Below are positions 59,507 through 62,061 of a stretch of 62,061 nt of DNA, piece after piece. The DNA is taken from IMG/VR virus record IMGVR_UViG_3300021285_000001; one strand, written 5' to 3'. Position 1 is the first letter of the stretch. Each line of letters opens with the position of its first letter. Position numbers and translations under genes: made by a program. Under the pieces are notes generated by a model. It ran no database searches, was not told the DNA's origin, and was given only the letters and a program-made list of their open reading frames with translations. The DNA is from a virus.

Positions 59507-60511
59507 TTAGTACCCCCCCCCCGCGATTGCGTTGGCTTTTTCGTTCTCCTGCTTGAGTTCGATGTATTGGTGGGTCTTTCCGTTCCTCTCGCAGGTTACG
59601 CCGACGTTTCCGGTGAGTTTGACGTAGCTGTTGATGATTACGTCGCAGTATCGGGGGTCGAGTTCTATGGTGTAGCACCGTCTTCCGGTGAGTTCTGCTC
59701 CGCGCAGCGTGGATCCGCTGCCTCCGAAGAAGTCAATCACGAGGTCGCCTGTTTCGGTGCTGTTGTCGATTGCTCTGATCGCAAGTTCCACGGGCTTCTG
59801 GGTCGGGTGTTCAGCGTTGGTCTCTCTGCTGACCTCCCACGTGTCGGTGCTTCGGTCGGTCTCGGTGGAGTAAAGGCTGACGCTGCGTCCTTCCGATAGC
59901 CTGATGTAGCGGATTTTCTTTCCCTTCGGCGGTTTCTCCGCTATGTAGACCTTGTTGCCAGCGCCGTCCGTGAGGACTACGCCGCCAGAGAGGACGGTTG
60001 CTGTTCCGTCTTCGGCTCGGAGGACTACCTTCCACGTGGTGCGCTGGGCGCGGTCTCCGTAGAAGTGTGCGCTCTGTCCGGCTTTCTCTGCGTAGAAGCA
60101 CGGCTCGTGCGCCCATTGGTAGTCGGCGTGTCCGAGTACCGGCGCGTTCTTTACCCAGATGATGTATTGCTTCTCGACGATGCCTGCCGCTGTCATTGCG
60201 TCCTCAAAGTCGCGGCGCGTGCTGCTGGCGTGCCAGATGTAAAAGGCGGCGTCGTCTTTGGTGTACTTGGCGTAGTTCTTGAACGCCGGAATGAGCAGGG
60301 TCTTCATCAAGTCGTCGCCGGTGAGGTCGTCGTTCTTGATTTTGTCAAACTTCCCGCTCTGGCTCTCGTAGGATACGCCGTAGGGCGGGTCTGTGTTGAC
60401 GAGGTCTGCCTTTTCGCCGTTCATCAGCCGCTCGACGGTCTTTTCGTCGGTCGCGCTTCCGCATATCAAACGGTGGACGCCGAGTTGCCAGAGGTCTCCG
60501 GCTTTGCTCAT
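59507..60511 (-). CDS. N6-adenine/N4-cytosine DNA methyltransferase (beta-class, DPPY)
   Basis: LVNTDPPYGVSYE (motif IV) precedes DFFGGSGSTLRGA (motif I). No RBS before its ATG. It is in frame with the ParB ORF across one TAG. Confidence 0.9.
   Translation of the reverse strand: MSKAGDLWQLGVHRLICGSATDEKTVERLMNGEKADLVNTDPPYGVSYESQSGKFDKIKNDDLTGDDLMKTLLIPAFKNYAKYTKDDAAFYIWHASSTRRDFEDAMTAAGIVEKQYIIWVKNAPVLGHADYQWAHEPCFYAEKAGQSAHFYGDRAQRTTWKVVLRAEDGTATVLSGGVVLTDGAGNKVYIAEKPPKGKKIRYIRLSEGRSVSLYSTETDRSTDTWEVSRETNAEHPTQKPVELAIRAIDNSTETGDLVIDFFGGSGSTLRGAELTGRRCYTIELDPRYCDVIINSYVKLTGNVGVTCERNGKTHQYIELKQENEKANAIAGGGY
59513..59522 (-). repeat. G10 homopolymer four codons before the methyltransferase stop
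   Basis: Encodes ...IAGGGY*. Minus-strand context is TCGC-G10-T, the same 15-mer as at 7366-7380. Confidence 0.9.
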
Positions 60512-60592
60512 TGGGATGTTGTCGGGGGTCTCGACCGTTGCGTCTGCATGGTCGTCTTCCGTATCGTCCGCTCCTGAAAGCGCGGCGATGAT

Positions 60593-60595
60593 CTA
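60593..60595 (-). other. In-frame amber (TAG) codon separating the ParB domain from the methyltransferase
   Basis: 81 nt (27 sense codons, no other stop) connect this TAG to the MTase ATG in the same frame. Confidence 0.9.
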
Positions 60596-61078
60596 CGCGA
60601 TGTCTTCCTCGGTGTAGCCGGTGAGTTCTATCGGTGCCTCGCCGGTGTCCATGTCGTTGATTAGGTCAATCAGTCGCCCTGTGTCGAGCGTTGCCAGTTC
60701 CGCGAGGCGGTTGTCGGCGATCAAGTCCGCCCATTCCTCTGCGTCGTTGGCATACTCTTGGTAATCTACGGGGACTTCCTTCCAATGCCGGAACGCGGCG
60801 GCTGCGAGCCGTCCGTGTCCCTTTACAATGAAGCCGCTCCGCTTGCTTATGGTTATGGGCTGCCTCCAGCCCGTTGCCTCGATAATCTTTGCCAGCATTT
60901 CCACCTGTTCGGGGCTGTGCTGGTTGGGATTCTTCGGGTTTGGGATCGCTTTTTCTATTCCCACGATTTCGTCGTGAGAGCAGAAGACCGGCACACCGTC
61001 AGCGGTGGTCGCTTTCGGTGTGGCTGTGGTCTCGTAGTCGATCTCGGTGAATGTGTTTTTCGGCTTTTTCTTTGCCAT
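60593..61078 (-). CDS. ParB-like nuclease/N-terminal domain protein
   Basis: IPNPKNPNQHSPEQVEMLAKIIEATGWRQPITIS...VKGHGRLAAA. Start at MAKKK, 8 nt after GGAGG. Confidence 0.8.
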   Translation of the reverse strand: MAKKKPKNTFTEIDYETTATPKATTADGVPVFCSHDEIVGIEKAIPNPKNPNQHSPEQVEMLAKIIEATGWRQPITISKRSGFIVKGHGRLAAAAFRHWKEVPVDYQEYANDAEEWADLIADNRLAELATLDTGRLIDLINDMDTGEAPIELTGYTEEDIA

Positions 61079-61165
61079 TTCCCATTCCTCCATGCTATCA
61101 TTTTATCACTTTTCTATTGCCGATTAAATGCCCACATTTTGCACCGTGCTTGTATGGTGCTTTCA

Positions 61166-61777
61166 TCATTCCACGTTCAGCCCGTCAATGCCGAAAATCA
61201 AGGCAGAAAGAGGCTTGACGGCGTTGGTGATGTCCTTGTAAATGGTGCGGTTTTCTATGCACTCATTCTCCGCGATTTGCTGGGCAGTTAATTTTTGGTC
61301 GTCGATATACATTGCCATAATCACTCGGTACCGGCGCATCTCCTCCGGCTTGCCGCTCTGCTCGCAGCTTATCCGGTAGAAGTTGAGCATTTCCTCGATG
61401 TGGTGCAGGATGACGATTGTCCGCTGCTGGCTCTTTTTGATGCCTTCGACGTAGGCTCCGTCGTTCAGCATGATGTCGTCCAGTCCGTCGAGGATGTCGA
61501 TGGCGCTCTCGCGCACCTGCTTGGCGTTGTAAATCGCGCCCTCCGCGTGTTTCTTGAACAGGCGGTAGTTCTTCAGGAGCAGTCTCGTGTTGTGGAGCCG
61601 TCTGTCGTATCGGCTCTTGCGGCTCTTGTCGCGCTCCTCGGCGAGGTAGTCCATAGCCGCCTTGATTCCGATTTGTATCCCTTGCTCGATGCCGCGCTGA
61701 ACAGCGACCTCCAGCACCCTCGCCCCGACCGCCGCTATGCTCATCGCTTCGCTGCCCATGCTCTCTTTACTGTTCAT
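61166..61777 (-). CDS. Putative late-gene transcriptional activator (sigma-70 region-4-like HTH, ArpU/RinA-like position)
   Basis: C-terminal LTAQQIAENECIENRTIYKDITNAVKPL HTH. Located just upstream of the packaging genes. Confidence 0.45.
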   Translation of the reverse strand: MNSKESMGSEAMSIAAVGARVLEVAVQRGIEQGIQIGIKAAMDYLAEERDKSRKSRYDRRLHNTRLLLKNYRLFKKHAEGAIYNAKQVRESAIDILDGLDDIMLNDGAYVEGIKKSQQRTIVILHHIEEMLNFYRISCEQSGKPEEMRRYRVIMAMYIDDQKLTAQQIAENECIENRTIYKDITNAVKPLSALIFGIDGLNVE

Positions 61778-61988
61778 GCTTTCCATCTCCTCTCTGAAGC
61801 CACGCGAGGCAGTCTTCGAGCGACGTGAAGTCTTCCGTCCATGCGTCGCCGGTGCTGTTGTCCACGCCGACGTAGATGTCGCCGTCTTTGTGGTAAAAGC
61901 GCCCGATGGGGGAATAGTTACCGTCGCCGTTCCCGCTTAACAGCAGGGAGTTGATTTCTTCCGTGTTCAGTTCTCTGATTTCGTCCAT
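61767..61988 (-). CDS. Hypothetical protein
   Basis: 73-aa ORF following ssb across the circular junction. Its first 54 nt are duplicated at window positions 1-54. Confidence 0.45.
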   Translation of the reverse strand: MDEIRELNTEEINSLLLSGNGDGNYSPIGRFYHKDGDIYVGVDNSTGDAWTEDFTSLEDCLAWLQRGDGKHEQ

Positions 61989-62061
61989 TTTTGCGTCCTC
62001 CTTTAGAATGGCAGGTCTTCGTCGGGCGGTACCTCCGAGAAGTCGCTCGGCGTGGCGGCGG
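61935..62061. repeat. Terminal overlap, copy B
   Basis: Identical to 1-127. It duplicates the SSB 3' end and the start of the 61767-61988 ORF. Confidence 0.95.

Larger units (their letters stand above)
1..61934. mobile_element. Complete temperate contractile-tail phage genome (PBSX/Mu-like morphogenesis genes), circular or permuted assembly
   Basis: Lysogeny switch and integrase, replication/recombination, packaging, head, tail, fibre, DGR and lysis modules are all present. The window ends overlap by an exact 127 nt. Confidence 0.85.

Noticed and set aside
60593-60595. Genome-wide reassignment of TAG as a sense codon.
   Set aside because: The very long late ORFs are uninterrupted under the standard code. 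About 50 stops I checked are TAA or TGA, and TAG serves as a plausible terminator at 50663. A single in-frame TAG is better explained locally.
61935-62061. The terminal 127-nt repeat as a biological direct terminal repeat or as att sites of an integrated prophage.
   Set aside because: Genes read continuously across the junction, no host genes flank the element, and the length equals a common assembler k-mer.

Overview
The window is one complete, circularly assembled temperate phage genome. Bases 1-127 are identical to 61935-62061, so the unique length is 61,934 bp. Almost every gene is on the minus strand and has a strong AAGGAGG-type RBS, which suggests a Firmicutes-like host. Only a three-gene lysogeny block is on the plus strand: cI-like repressor, membrane protein and tyrosine integrase (16535-18675).

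Minus-strand modules, from high to low coordinates:
- Late activator, ParB and DNA methyltransferase (59.5-61.8 kb).
- Terminase, portal, Mu-F-like protein, XkdF-like protein, scaffold, decoration protein and capsid (51.5-59.4 kb).
- Head-tail joining proteins, sheath, tube, chaperone (with a -1 frameshift), tape measure and a PBSX-like baseplate XkdP-U (37.6-51 kb).
- Two large fibre proteins (28.7-37.6 kb).
- A complete diversity-generating retroelement, DGR (26.7-28.8 kb).
- A lysis cassette (23.1-26.2 kb).
- A 370-bp non-coding control region with two near-consensus promoters and a candidate small RNA.
- An operon of small genes, a PAPS-reductase-like gene, a Myb-like gene and an RHH gene running toward attP/int.
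- A cro-side early operon (16.4 kb down to 69): HTH regulators, a cell-wall hydrolase, a Rad50-like ATPase, ASCH, RecT, an MBL hydrolase, a replication organiser, a DnaC-like loader, a C5-methyltransferase, RecU, MetK, a radical-SAM-type Gp37/68 protein and SSB.

Most notable observations:
1. The DGR has two variable regions. One is at the 3' end of a 2029-aa fibre gene. The second is about 25 kb away, in a 210-aa protein inside the early operon. Each has a homologous GC hairpin exactly 28 nt downstream.
2. Both DNA methyltransferase genes carry a G10 homopolymer embedded in the same 15-mer.
3. The C5 methyltransferase is split, with overlapping frames that encode alternative TRD-like segments.
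4. The ParB-methyltransferase pair is one reading frame broken by a single in-frame TAG.
5. CTCG-N5-CGAG operators sit on three near-perfect promoters.
6. Heptamer-repeat arrays occur at two intergenic sites.

No tRNA, rRNA or CRISPR array was seen. All homology calls come from motifs I recognised by eye, not from searches.
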